A stretch of 39,689 nucleotides of DNA from a virus. The position numbers were made by a program, and so were the translations under genes. The notes beneath the pieces are model-generated. The model was given only the letters and a program-made list of their open reading frames with translations, made no database searches and was not told where the DNA came from. The stretch is taken from positions 1-39,689 of the IMG/VR virus record IMGVR_UViG_3300045988_132498; one strand, 5' to 3'. This document shows positions 1-7,047 of this stretch, in pieces. Each line of letters starts with the position of its first letter. Within the stretch, counting starts at the first letter, position 1.

Positions 1-55
1 GACGTTGCCGCGTAGGTGGGCGGGTGCGAACCCGGTCGGGCAGAGGGCCTGGGCG
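1..55. repeat. Terminal direct repeat, copy 1 (identical to 39635-39689)
   Basis: GACGTTGCCGCGTAGGTGGGCGGGTGCGAACCCGGTCGGGCAGAGGGCCTGGGCG is present at both window ends. This is typical of circular assembly overlap or terminal redundancy. Confidence 0.95.
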
Positions 56-201
56 AGGGTGCGGGCGTCGGCCATGGCGAGCGCCCAGGAGCGGAGGCTG
101 GCTTGGGCGGCGCTGGCCTCCCCTGTGGCGACGACGGCGGGCGTCGGCAGTGGCATGGGCGCGAGGTCGGCGCTCGCGGGCTGTGTGGTGAGGTCGGTCA
201 T
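1..201 (-). CDS. recT: RecT-family single-strand annealing protein, 5' part (continues in frame into 39119-39634 across the junction)
   Basis: ATG at 201 overlaps the stop (198-200) of the upstream exonuclease gene (ATGA). Translation MTDLTTQPAS...FAPAHLRGNV joins DATAVTIMKGAALGLDP at the other window end. Total 238 aa. Confidence 0.8.
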   Translation of the reverse strand, partial: MTDLTTQPASADLAPMPLPTPAVVATGEASAAQASLRSWALAMADARTLAQALCPTGFAPAHLRGNV

Positions 202-926
202 TTGTGGTCTCCCCAGGAGTCGATGGTGGTGGTGAGGTCTGCGACGGCTTTGACGGCGAGGAAGGCGTTCCAGGCGGCCGGGATGGATGGGAACTCGGCG
301 AGCCTGCATCCGTCGGGCTGGACGTGGATGGCCCCGATCCGGTCGATGGGCGGCATGGGCGCCTCCTGGCCGTCGGTGTCGAGGTGGAACTCGGCGTGGG
401 CGTAGGCGGCGCACTGGAGCGCATAGGAGCCGTGGATGCTGTTGGAGGTCTTCAGGTCGAGGAGCCAGGTCTCCCCGCCCATGCGGGCGATGAGGTCGGC
501 GGTGCCCGCGTACCAGTGGGCGCGGCTCGCCAGGCGGGCCTCGGTGAGGATCGGCTCGACGTCGTGCCCGTCGAGGAAATCCACGTACCCGGCCACGTAG
601 GGGGCCAGGGATGCGGGGACGTCCACGGCCTCTCCGAGGGCGACCTGCTCGGCCAGGGCGTGCACCCTGGTGCCGCGCACGGCAGCATGGTCCCTGGCCT
701 GCCAGGGGGCGCGCTTGAGCCGGTTCACGACCGCCTCGCGCCCCTGCGTGCTGATGGTGGCGGCGAGGGTGACCGCCTCATCAGCGGCAGCCTCAGCCAC
801 CACCTTCGCGGACCAGTACGGGAGCCCCGGCTTCGGCAACCCCTTCCCGATGATCGTCGTCACCCCGGTCACTGGCTTGCCGTCGAGGCTGTACCGGTGA
901 CGGGCCTCATCGAATTTCAGGCTCAC
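198..926 (-). CDS. PD-(D/E)XK (RecB/Cas4-like) recombination exonuclease
   Basis: GTG start at 926 (VSLKFDEARHRY). Motifs GTADLI, LLDLKTS and YALQCAAYAHA match the D...D/ExK...QxxxY nuclease core. It sits immediately upstream of recT, as in phage exo/annealase pairs. Confidence 0.75.
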   Translation of the reverse strand: MSLKFDEARHRYSLDGKPVTGVTTIIGKGLPKPGLPYWSAKVVAEAAADEAVTLAATISTQGREAVVNRLKRAPWQARDHAAVRGTRVHALAEQVALGEAVDVPASLAPYVAGYVDFLDGHDVEPILTEARLASRAHWYAGTADLIARMGGETWLLDLKTSNSIHGSYALQCAAYAHAEFHLDTDGQEAPMPPIDRIGAIHVQPDGCRLAEFPSIPAAWNAFLAVKAVADLTTTIDSWGDHK

Positions 927-1147
927 TGCTCGCCCCTCTCGGTGATGCGGATGAGGCAGTGCTCGCGGCGGATGAGGCCGGTGGGGAGGGAGCCGACGTG
1001 GCTCCACCCGTCGCGCCGGAGGCGGCGGACCCGGCGGCGGCCGATCGGCCCCCAGGTGGGGACCCATCGGGCGTCGTAGACGCGGAGGCGGGCCACCGTC
1101 TGGTCGCCCTCGCTGCTGGAGGTGGTTATGTCAATGTCTGGATACAT
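923..1147 (-). CDS. Small basic hypothetical protein (74 aa), paralog A
   Basis: ATG 1147 preceded by GGAAAGGAAC. The stop overlaps the next start (GTGA). Shares the WVPTWGPIGRRRVRRLRRDGWSHV...TGLIRREH core with the 1177..1377 product. Confidence 0.65.
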   Translation of the reverse strand: MYPDIDITTSSSEGDQTVARLRVYDARWVPTWGPIGRRRVRRLRRDGWSHVGSLPTGLIRREHCLIRITERGEQ

Positions 1148-1176
1148 GGGGGTTCCTTTCCGGGGAGGGGTAGGGG

Positions 1177-1377
1177 TTAGAGCAGTGGCTCGACGTCGAG
1201 CCAGGAGCGGGATTCGCGGGACAGTAGGTGGTCTCGGCGGATGAGCCCAGTCCGCAGGCAGGCCACGTGCGTCCACCCGTCGTCGATGAGGCGCGCCAGC
1301 CGTCGCGCACCGATGGGTCCCCAGGTGGACACCCAGGTAGTTCGGATGCTGGTGCCGTAGGTGGTGGAGAGAGTCAT
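1177..1377 (-). CDS. Small basic hypothetical protein (66 aa), paralog B
   Basis: ATG 1377. WVSTWGPIGARRLARLIDDGWTHV...TGLIRRDH is clearly paralogous to the 923..1147 product. Confidence 0.65.
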   Translation of the reverse strand: MTLSTTYGTSIRTTWVSTWGPIGARRLARLIDDGWTHVACLRTGLIRRDHLLSRESRSWLDVEPLL

Positions 1378-1387
1378 AGGTGTGTCC

Positions 1388-1648
1388 TCAGAGGCCGTTG
1401 GTGAGTGTGTCGGCGTCGACGCGGAGGAGGGTTGCCAGGGCTTCGAGGAGCCTGGCCCGGTGGTGGGCGTGCTGGCCGAGCGTGCCCCAGGGGAGGTTGG
1501 CGTCGAGGCGTCCGGCCCCGCGCCGTTGCCGGTCGCGCTCGTCGAGGGCGGCGGTCTCACTGTCCTGGTAGTCGGCGCAGGCGCACAGGAACTCGGCGGC
1601 GGCGGTGATGTCGACGCAGTCGCCGCCGATGTGGTCAAGGCGGGTCAT
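1388..1648 (-). CDS. Hypothetical protein (86 aa)
   Basis: ATG 1648 overlaps the upstream stop (ATGA). G/C-rich third codon positions. No recognisable motif. Confidence 0.5.
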   Translation of the reverse strand: MTRLDHIGGDCVDITAAAEFLCACADYQDSETAALDERDRQRRGAGRLDANLPWGTLGQHAHHRARLLEALATLLRVDADTLTNGL

Positions 1649-2238
1649 TTGTCCGCCACCCACGCCATCCAGGCGGTGGTCTCCTCGGCGAGGTCATTGG
1701 AGGAGAGGGAATCGTCCCTGGTGGGGGTAGCCCATGTGCCGCCGTCCTCGTCGTCGATGCAGGTCCAGGCTCGGCCGGACTCATCGCGGACGACGGTGCC
1801 GACGGGGAGGACCTGGAGGTCGTAGGAGTACATGCGGGCCTGACCGCTGGCGGATGCGGTGACGGCGCGGAGGACGCCCCGGAGGCCAGTGATCTGCTCG
1901 TTGATCGCGTCGATGGTGTCTCGCTGGTCGCGGTAGAGGTTCACCTGGCTCTTGAGCATGTCGATGGTGTCTCGCTGGTCGCGGACGGTCTGGGCGAGGG
2001 CCTGCTCGCTCAGGGTGGGCTCCGTGGTCTGCTGGGCCTTGCGCTGGTCGGCGGCGAGCATGAGGAGGCTGATCGCACCAATGGGGTTATTGCCGCTGCG
2101 GTCGAGCAGGCTGCGAGCCTTGTCGCCGTAGGTGGCGATGGCGTCTTCGTAGACCTCCTTGACGGTGGTCAGATTGTCGGCGAGCCGCTGGACGTCCTCG
2201 ATCTTGAGGCGCTTGGGGCAGAGGCTTTCGATCCTCAT
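1645..2238 (-). CDS. Hypothetical coiled-coil protein (197 aa) with internal RDQRDTID repeat
   Basis: ATG 2238 with AAAGGAC SD. First gene after the promoter at 2305-2333. Contains a 25-bp in-frame direct repeat (1909-1933 and 1960-1984). Confidence 0.7.
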   Translation of the reverse strand: MRIESLCPKRLKIEDVQRLADNLTTVKEVYEDAIATYGDKARSLLDRSGNNPIGAISLLMLAADQRKAQQTTEPTLSEQALAQTVRDQRDTIDMLKSQVNLYRDQRDTIDAINEQITGLRGVLRAVTASASGQARMYSYDLQVLPVGTVVRDESGRAWTCIDDEDGGTWATPTRDDSLSSNDLAEETTAWMAWVADK

Positions 2239-2304
2239 TTTTCACGGTCCTTTGTTCTGGGGGGGGTTGGCTGGGTTGGGGTTCCCGTGTGGCCCACGTG
2301 GACC

Positions 2305-2333
2305 ACATTAGATGCCCATTTGGGCACCGTCAA
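2305..2333 (-). promoter_or_regulatory. Sigma-70-type promoter TTGACG-17-TAATGT with operator palindrome TGCCCA-AA-TGGGCA in the spacer
   Basis: Minus strand reads TTGACG (2333-2328), then GTGCCCAAATGGGCATC, then TAATGT (2310-2305). The palindrome at 2313-2326 matches the CI/Cro operator at 7979-7998. Confidence 0.6.
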
Positions 2334-2457
2334 GGCGGGGCAGGGGTCGTTACACGTTCGTGACGGGCGGCAGGGGCGGGGCGATCGCACAACGTGTTAA
2401 CGCGCGTGAATCCGGCCTGAAAACGCGCAACCCACACCGAGGTACGCCCGAAGCGCG

Positions 2458-3015
2458 TTAGGCCGCTCCGCGGGCCTCCCGCGCACGATTCGAGGCACTC
2501 CCGGCCCGACCGCCACCCCCAGGGTGCGACGAACGCGCCAGAGCCTCCACGGCCGCCCGTGCGCGCTCGCGCCCCGACTGAGCCGTCGACATGATCGCCG
2601 GAGGCGGCGGAGTCCGCCCAATCGCCCGCCAAGCATGCGCCTCCGCAGCCTCCCGGTCAGCCCCAGCCCCGACGGCCTCCAGGGCGGCGCGACGCCAAGC
2701 CGCCTCCACCGCAGGCTCCCCAGCCAGCCCCGTCGGCAGGAGCGCCCCGCGGGCGTCCTCCTCGACCCGAACCCGGTCCGCCCGCTCACGGCGGATTGAC
2801 CGCGCCAGGCGGGCCACGTCGATCCGGTATGAGCGCCCCTCGGCGGCCCACTCGCGGATCGCCCGCCGCGTCGCCCCAGGCAACTCCCCCGCCGCCGGGG
2901 CCACCTCGTGGTTCAGGAAATCCGCCCACACCTCGCCCTGCCGATCCATGACCGGGGTAGCCCCAGCAACGGCGAGGTACGAGACGGCGTTTGCGGCGTC
3001 AGCTGGCGTAATCAT
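2458..3015 (-). CDS. Hypothetical protein (185 aa)
   Basis: ATG 3015 overlaps the stop of the replication gene (ATGA). Coding-type codon bias. No motif recognised. Confidence 0.6.
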   Translation of the reverse strand: MITPADAANAVSYLAVAGATPVMDRQGEVWADFLNHEVAPAAGELPGATRRAIREWAAEGRSYRIDVARLARSIRRERADRVRVEEDARGALLPTGLAGEPAVEAAWRRAALEAVGAGADREAAEAHAWRAIGRTPPPPAIMSTAQSGRERARAAVEALARSSHPGGGGRAGSASNRAREARGAA

Positions 3016-3929
3016 GAGGCCCCTCCGGCGATGAGTCGCAGCGCATCCCCCTGGGATGCCCGCTGCATGGTGACGGTGGATTCTGCGGCTTGCTGGCGCA
3101 TGTCAGCCATGATCTGCGCCTGGTTGCGGTAGCCCTGGCGGCTGCGGCGAGCGTTGGCGTCGTCCTGGGCTCGGCGCGCCCAGTTACGCCATACAGCATC
3201 CCAGTCGACCTTGCGGGCTTTGGCTCCGGCGGCGGAGTGCCAGTAGTCGCGGAAGCGGTCGACCTCGCTGTCCTGGACGTCAGGGGCGTTGGTCCGGGTC
3301 CAGTCGATGAGGGAGGGGCTGGGTGCCCAGTCGTCGGGGAGGCGGGTAGCCCGATCAGATCGCTTCGCCGTCTTCGGGGCGGGGAGCGCCGCTGGCGCGA
3401 CCTCGGTGCCGTCGCGGTCGGCGACGTCGCGGGGGGGCCTAGAAGGGGGTATATCCCCTGTTCCCCTGTTCCCCTGTTCCCCTGTTCCAGGCGCGAGGGT
3501 GTCGCGAGGTGTCGCGACAGTGTCGCGAATTGTCGCGACGGTTTCGCGATTGGCGTCGTTCTGTGGGAAAGTGCCATTCTCCTCTTCGGTGGGTTCGGGG
3601 ATGCGTGACGCCTTCGGTTTATCTACCCGCTGGTGCTTTCCCCACCCCGTTACTAGGAAATAGGTCCTAGACGCGACGGTGTAGCGGTGGATCAGATTCG
3701 CTTCGGAAAGCCTCGCGAGGCCGTCGCGAACCTTCGCGACAGTGTCGCGAGGATTCGCGACCATGTCGTGCGGGAACAGGGCGGCCACAATCAACGCGAC
3801 GTCATCCCGCCCCCGGCCATGGTCATCCACATAGGACCAGAGCCCGATGAACAGCAGCCGATCGGCGTCCGACAAGACCGCGACGTCCAGGCTCGACCAG
3901 AACTCCGGTTTGATACTCCGAATCCGCAT
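3012..3929 (-). CDS. Putative replication initiator / replisome organiser carrying the origin iterons
   Basis: Two adjacent ATGs (3932, 3929). AGGAGG spacing favours 3929. The N-terminus MRIRSIKPEFWSS...LLFIGLWSY is winged-helix-like. The gene body contains two phased iteron arrays, the arrangement known from lambda O-type initiators. Confidence 0.55.
   Translation of the reverse strand: MRIRSIKPEFWSSLDVAVLSDADRLLFIGLWSYVDDHGRGRDDVALIVAALFPHDMVANPRDTVAKVRDGLARLSEANLIHRYTVASRTYFLVTGWGKHQRVDKPKASRIPEPTEEENGTFPQNDANRETVATIRDTVATPRDTLAPGTGEQGNRGTGDIPPSRPPRDVADRDGTEVAPAALPAPKTAKRSDRATRLPDDWAPSPSLIDWTRTNAPDVQDSEVDRFRDYWHSAAGAKARKVDWDAVWRNWARRAQDDANARRSRQGYRNQAQIMADMRQQAAESTVTMQRASQGDALRLIAGGAS
3455..3486. 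repeat. Tandem repeat (CCCCTGTT) x4
   Basis: Four perfect 8-bp units inside the replication gene, adjacent to iteron array 1. The 8-bp period is not a codon multiple. Confidence 0.9.
3502..3549. repeat. Iteron array 1: five (T)GTCGCGA boxes
   Basis: TCGCGA starts at 3502, 3512, 3523, 3533 and 3544 (spacing 10/11/10/11). A degenerate GCGCGA lies at 3491. Confidence 0.85.
3713..3760. repeat. Iteron array 2: five TCGCGA boxes
   Basis: TCGCGA starts at 3713, 3724, 3734, 3745 and 3755 (spacing 11/10/11/10). A degenerate TCGTGC lies at 3766. The ~160-bp segment between the arrays looks less G+C-rich by eye. Confidence 0.85.
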
Positions 3930-3963
3930 CATTTCCTCCTAGCGTTTATTACGGGGCTAATTC

Positions 3964-4239
3964 TCATGACGCCGCCTCCTCGATAGCGGACGTGAAGTCG
4001 GCCTCGAACCGCTGGATATCGTCGACGGTGCGGATGCGGCGCGTCTCCGTGGGGTGGCCGATGATGGTCCAATGTGCCTCGATCTCATCGTCTGCCGTGA
4101 GGTCGCTGCCCCAGGTGACGGTGAGGCCGCGCCCGTAGGCGACGCCCCACCGATCGCCGGACCCAGGGGCGGGTGCGAGCCCCGCCCTGACAGCAGCAGA
4201 CACGATGACAGACCGGAGGACTAGTAGGAGAGCGGTCAT
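3964..4239 (-). CDS. Hypothetical protein (91 aa) with hydrophobic N-terminus
   Basis: ATG 4239. The N-terminal MTALLLVLRSVIVSAAV looks like a signal or TM segment. Confidence 0.55.
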   Translation of the reverse strand: MTALLLVLRSVIVSAAVRAGLAPAPGSGDRWGVAYGRGLTVTWGSDLTADDEIEAHWTIIGHPTETRRIRTVDDIQRFEADFTSAIEEAAS

Positions 4240-4244
4240 GGCGA

Positions 4245-4877
4245 TCAGATCCCGTCCACGACGACGAGGGTGGCGGGCAGGTCGATCTCGTGAGCGCTGT
4301 AGGTGTACTCGCCCTCGCGGCCGACTATGACCCAGTCACCTAGATACAGGTGAAAAGCGTTGCCGTATGCGTCACGGATGACTGCGTCCACTGGCAAGCT
4401 GCGGATGTCGTCGACGCTGGTGATGACCTGCCCAGTGAGGTAATCCTGCGCCTTCGAGACGCGCACCGTGACCCCGACGGGGTGGGTGTCGTTGGCGTAG
4501 CGCTTGATGGCATGCCAGCCCACGATCCGGGAGTCATCCTTGAGGACGCCGGGCCGCTTGTAGGGGGCTAGGGCATCCCCGATCGCGCGCTGAAGCTTGT
4601 CCAGGTCAGGTTTCGTCTGCGCGTGCTTGCGCGACTTGGGGGCGCTCTTGGGGCGGGGGACCCTGAACTCGGCCCACACTTCGACTGGGCCGTCGTGGCC
4701 GACCTCCCAGTAGGCGGCCTCGGCGGCGGCCTCGGCGGCGTGCGCGACCTTGAGCCGCCATGCGTCGAGCTCTCGGCCGCGGTCGTGGGTGACGACCACC
4801 CGCTGACCCGATGTAAACGCCTTGGTGGAGCCCTCGGTGATCGGCTCACCGGGGACGAAAAAAGAGAATGAATCCAT
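4245..4877 (-). CDS. rusA: RusA-family Holliday junction resolvase with ~70-aa C-terminal extension
   Basis: FFVPGEPITEGS... and KPDLDKLQRAIGDAL...VLKDDSRIVGW match RusA signature regions. ATG 4877 with TAAGGAC SD. Confidence 0.7.
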   Translation of the reverse strand: MDSFSFFVPGEPITEGSTKAFTSGQRVVVTHDRGRELDAWRLKVAHAAEAAAEAAYWEVGHDGPVEVWAEFRVPRPKSAPKSRKHAQTKPDLDKLQRAIGDALAPYKRPGVLKDDSRIVGWHAIKRYANDTHPVGVTVRVSKAQDYLTGQVITSVDDIRSLPVDAVIRDAYGNAFHLYLGDWVIVGREGEYTYSAHEIDLPATLVVVDGI

Positions 4878-4904
4878 TGGTAGTCCTTAAGTGTGGGGGC
4901 GTTC

Positions 4905-5177
4905 TCACAGGTCGAAAAGAGGGGCGGTCCCTATGCCCTCGACGACGGCGGACCGGTGGGCAGCCAGGCAATCAGGACAGACGAGCGGGCCGGTGAGGCA
5001 CGCGCTCTCGACGTCCTCGCAGTGCTGGGTGAGAAAGCCCAGGTTTTCGAGTTTGCCGAGCCCGTTACAGAGTCGCCAGACCGGGTAATACATGCCATCT
5101 GGGTGCTGATGGGGCTTGTCTTCCTCGACGTCGGCGAGGTGGCGGCGAATCCGCCCCGGCAGGAGGATGCGAGTCAC
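4905..5177 (-). CDS. Hypothetical Cys-rich protein (90 aa)
   Basis: GTG 5177 overlaps the methyltransferase stop (GTGA). Cysteine-rich (CNGL...HCEDVESAC...VCPDC). Confidence 0.55.
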   Translation of the reverse strand: MTRILLPGRIRRHLADVEEDKPHQHPDGMYYPVWRLCNGLGKLENLGFLTQHCEDVESACLTGPLVCPDCLAAHRSAVVEGIGTAPLFDL

Positions 5178-5858
5178 GCCACCTCACCGCCCCACAGGTC
5201 CAGCACCGGCTCGGACAGCCGGGTCGCGATGGTCTCGCAGTAGCGCTCCTCCAGCTCGACGCCGATAGACCGCCGCCCTAGATTCCGGGCAGCGAGGAGC
5301 GTAGCCCCCGACCCCGCGAACGGGTCTGCCACGACGCCATCGGGGCAGCGCTCGATGAGCCTCTCCATGAGCCCGATCGGCTTCGGCGTCGGATGCCCGG
5401 CGCGCTGCACCTCCAGGCTGCGACACTCGCGGGTGGTGATGACCGACCTCTGGGGGGGGGGCGGAGGCCTTAAAGCCTTCGCCTAGGACATAGATTTCCT
5501 CGTCCATGGTCATGAAAGCGCCCCGCACTGGGCCGGGCGCCATGCCCTGCTTATCCCAGATGAGACGATGCCTCACGCCCGCCGGGCGGGGCGCTTTCCA
5601 GGAGCCGAAGCAGATTGCGGGGCGGGAGCCCCACATGGTGAGGATCGTGTCTCTGCTCTCGACGCTGCTGTCCCCCGCAATGTCCGGCTGCCGCTGTGGG
5701 ATCGCGACACCATGCCGGTAGGAGGTCGCGATGCCCGTCCACCGCACACCGTAGGGCGGATCAGTCACGAGGACGTCCGCTGTCAGCCACTCGGTGATCT
5801 CGCGGCAGTCACCGTGGTAGAGGGTGACCTGGTCATCCTCGTAGTAGAGGGCGGTCAC
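5174..5858 (-). pseudogene. N6/N4 DNA methyltransferase (DPPY then FxGxG order) interrupted by a 1-nt frameshift in a homopolymer
   Basis: GTG 5858 with GGAGGAGGAG SD. The N-terminal frame carries LVTDPPYG. The C-terminal frame carries HPTPKP and DPFAGSGAT. The frames meet at the G10 run (5452-5461). Removing one G gives a continuous 227-aa ORF (685-1 = 684 nt). Confidence 0.8.
5452..5461. repeat. G10 (C10 on coding strand) homopolymer at the methyltransferase frameshift point
   Basis: Counted directly: t + 9 g at 5451-5460, plus g at 5461. Confidence 0.95.
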
Positions 5859-6388
5859 GACTCCTCCTCCTGCCAGAGGCCGCGCTCGGCAGCCAGCGCC
5901 GCACACACGGCCTCGACGGTGAGCGCGCGGAAACGGTGGGGGGCGATCCCCCCGTCGGGGTCGTAGGAGTCCGTGGAGCATGCGGCTAGGTCACCGAGGT
6001 ATGTGATGAAACGGCCTATCCGCACGCTGGGGGGCATCCCCAGATCGCGACTGCGGAGACTGAGGTATCCCTCGCGCCGGGCGCTCTCCAGGTACCCATC
6101 AGGGTCTCGGTCTCGGAGGGCGGCGAGGCAGTGTGCGGCGACCTGGAGGGCGCTCTTCGTCACCTGGCCGACCGTGTATGGGGTGAGAGCCCCGGTGGAT
6201 GCCCGGTGGGCGGCCTCGTGCCAGCCGTAGCAGAGGTTGGAGACTTCCTTGGTGAGCCTGGCGAGCATGAGCCCGTCGGCCTCGGGGTACATCTCCCGCC
6301 GCTTCTGTCCTGCGGCCCGGACCCGCACGGCCCGCTTGAGCATGGCCTCGAAATCGTGGCGGCGCTGGGCCATGGTCAGGGCGGTCAT
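5855..6388 (-). CDS. Hypothetical protein (177 aa)
   Basis: ATG 6388 overlaps the upstream stop (ATGA). Its own stop overlaps the methyltransferase GTG. Confidence 0.6.
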   Translation of the reverse strand: MTALTMAQRRHDFEAMLKRAVRVRAAGQKRREMYPEADGLMLARLTKEVSNLCYGWHEAAHRASTGALTPYTVGQVTKSALQVAAHCLAALRDRDPDGYLESARREGYLSLRSRDLGMPPSVRIGRFITYLGDLAACSTDSYDPDGGIAPHRFRALTVEAVCAALAAERGLWQEEES

Positions 6389-6723
6389 GCGGCGGCCCTC
6401 CCCTGCGTGGTGAGGGTGAGGAGGCGTGCGCGGCGGCCGGAGGGGGTGGTCGCGTACTCGCCGGTCTCCTCGATGAGGCCCTTGTCCTGGAGCTCGCGGA
6501 CGGCGGTGCGCGCACGGGAGGGGGACAGGGTGCCGCGGGTTACGTCGACGACGTTGGCGAGGGTGAAGGGGGCGGGGCGGGTGAAGTCTCGGAGGACCAT
6601 GAGAACGAAGTCCTGTGAGGTGGTGGCGTCGGTGATGGAGTCGGCGGCCCACTGGCTGGTGTCGGGGTCGGTGGCACGGACTGAGCCGCGCTCCCTGGGG
6701 TGGATGGTGCTGGCGGTGGTCAT
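6385..6723 (-). CDS. Winged-helix (MarR-like) DNA-binding protein (112 aa)
   Basis: ATG 6723 (ATGA coupling). FTLANVVDVTRGTLSPSRARTAVRELQDKGLIEE resembles a wHTH recognition helix plus wing. Confidence 0.55.
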   Translation of the reverse strand: MTTASTIHPRERGSVRATDPDTSQWAADSITDATTSQDFVLMVLRDFTRPAPFTLANVVDVTRGTLSPSRARTAVRELQDKGLIEETGEYATTPSGRRARLLTLTTQGRAAA

Positions 6724-7019
6724 GCTGCGGCCTCTTCCTGGTCGTTGTGGTGGGGGTGGGGTGGCTGCTGGAGCTGGCGGGCCTCGTGGTCGGTCGCGTA
6801 GCGGGCGCGGAACTTGAGGCTGAGGACGGGCATGACGCCGTGCTTGACGGTGGTGCGAGGCTCGCTGGTGAGGACCATGCCGAGCGTCCTGAGGAGGTTC
6901 ATGAGGTCGGCGACGGCCTCGCACTTCTGGTGGATGACGGGGACGGCGGAGAGCATCTGCCAGCGGAAGGAATACTCGCCGCCCCCTAGGGGCTTAAGCA
7001 TGGTGAGAGGGGTTTTCAC
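6720..7019 (-). CDS. Hypothetical protein (99 aa)
   Basis: GTG 7019 preceded by AGAAAGGAC. Confidence 0.55.
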   Translation of the reverse strand: MKTPLTMLKPLGGGEYSFRWQMLSAVPVIHQKCEAVADLMNLLRTLGMVLTSEPRTTVKHGVMPVLSLKFRARYATDHEARQLQQPPHPHHNDQEEAAA

Positions 7020-7047
7020 GAGGGGTCCTTTCTGGGGAGTCGGGGGG

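Noticed and set aside
3455-3486. Short tandem repeat considered as a CRISPR or minisatellite.
   Set aside because: The units are 8 bp, contiguous and without spacers, and lie inside an ORF next to iterons. No cas genes are present. This is not a CRISPR array.
5184-5981. Track ORF read as a single intact 265-aa protein.
   Set aside because: The first ~40 aa are an out-of-frame extension into the upstream gene. The last ~90 aa (EVGHHHPRVSQPGG...) are read-through past the homopolymer in the wrong frame. The true methyltransferase motifs continue in the 5174..5410 frame.
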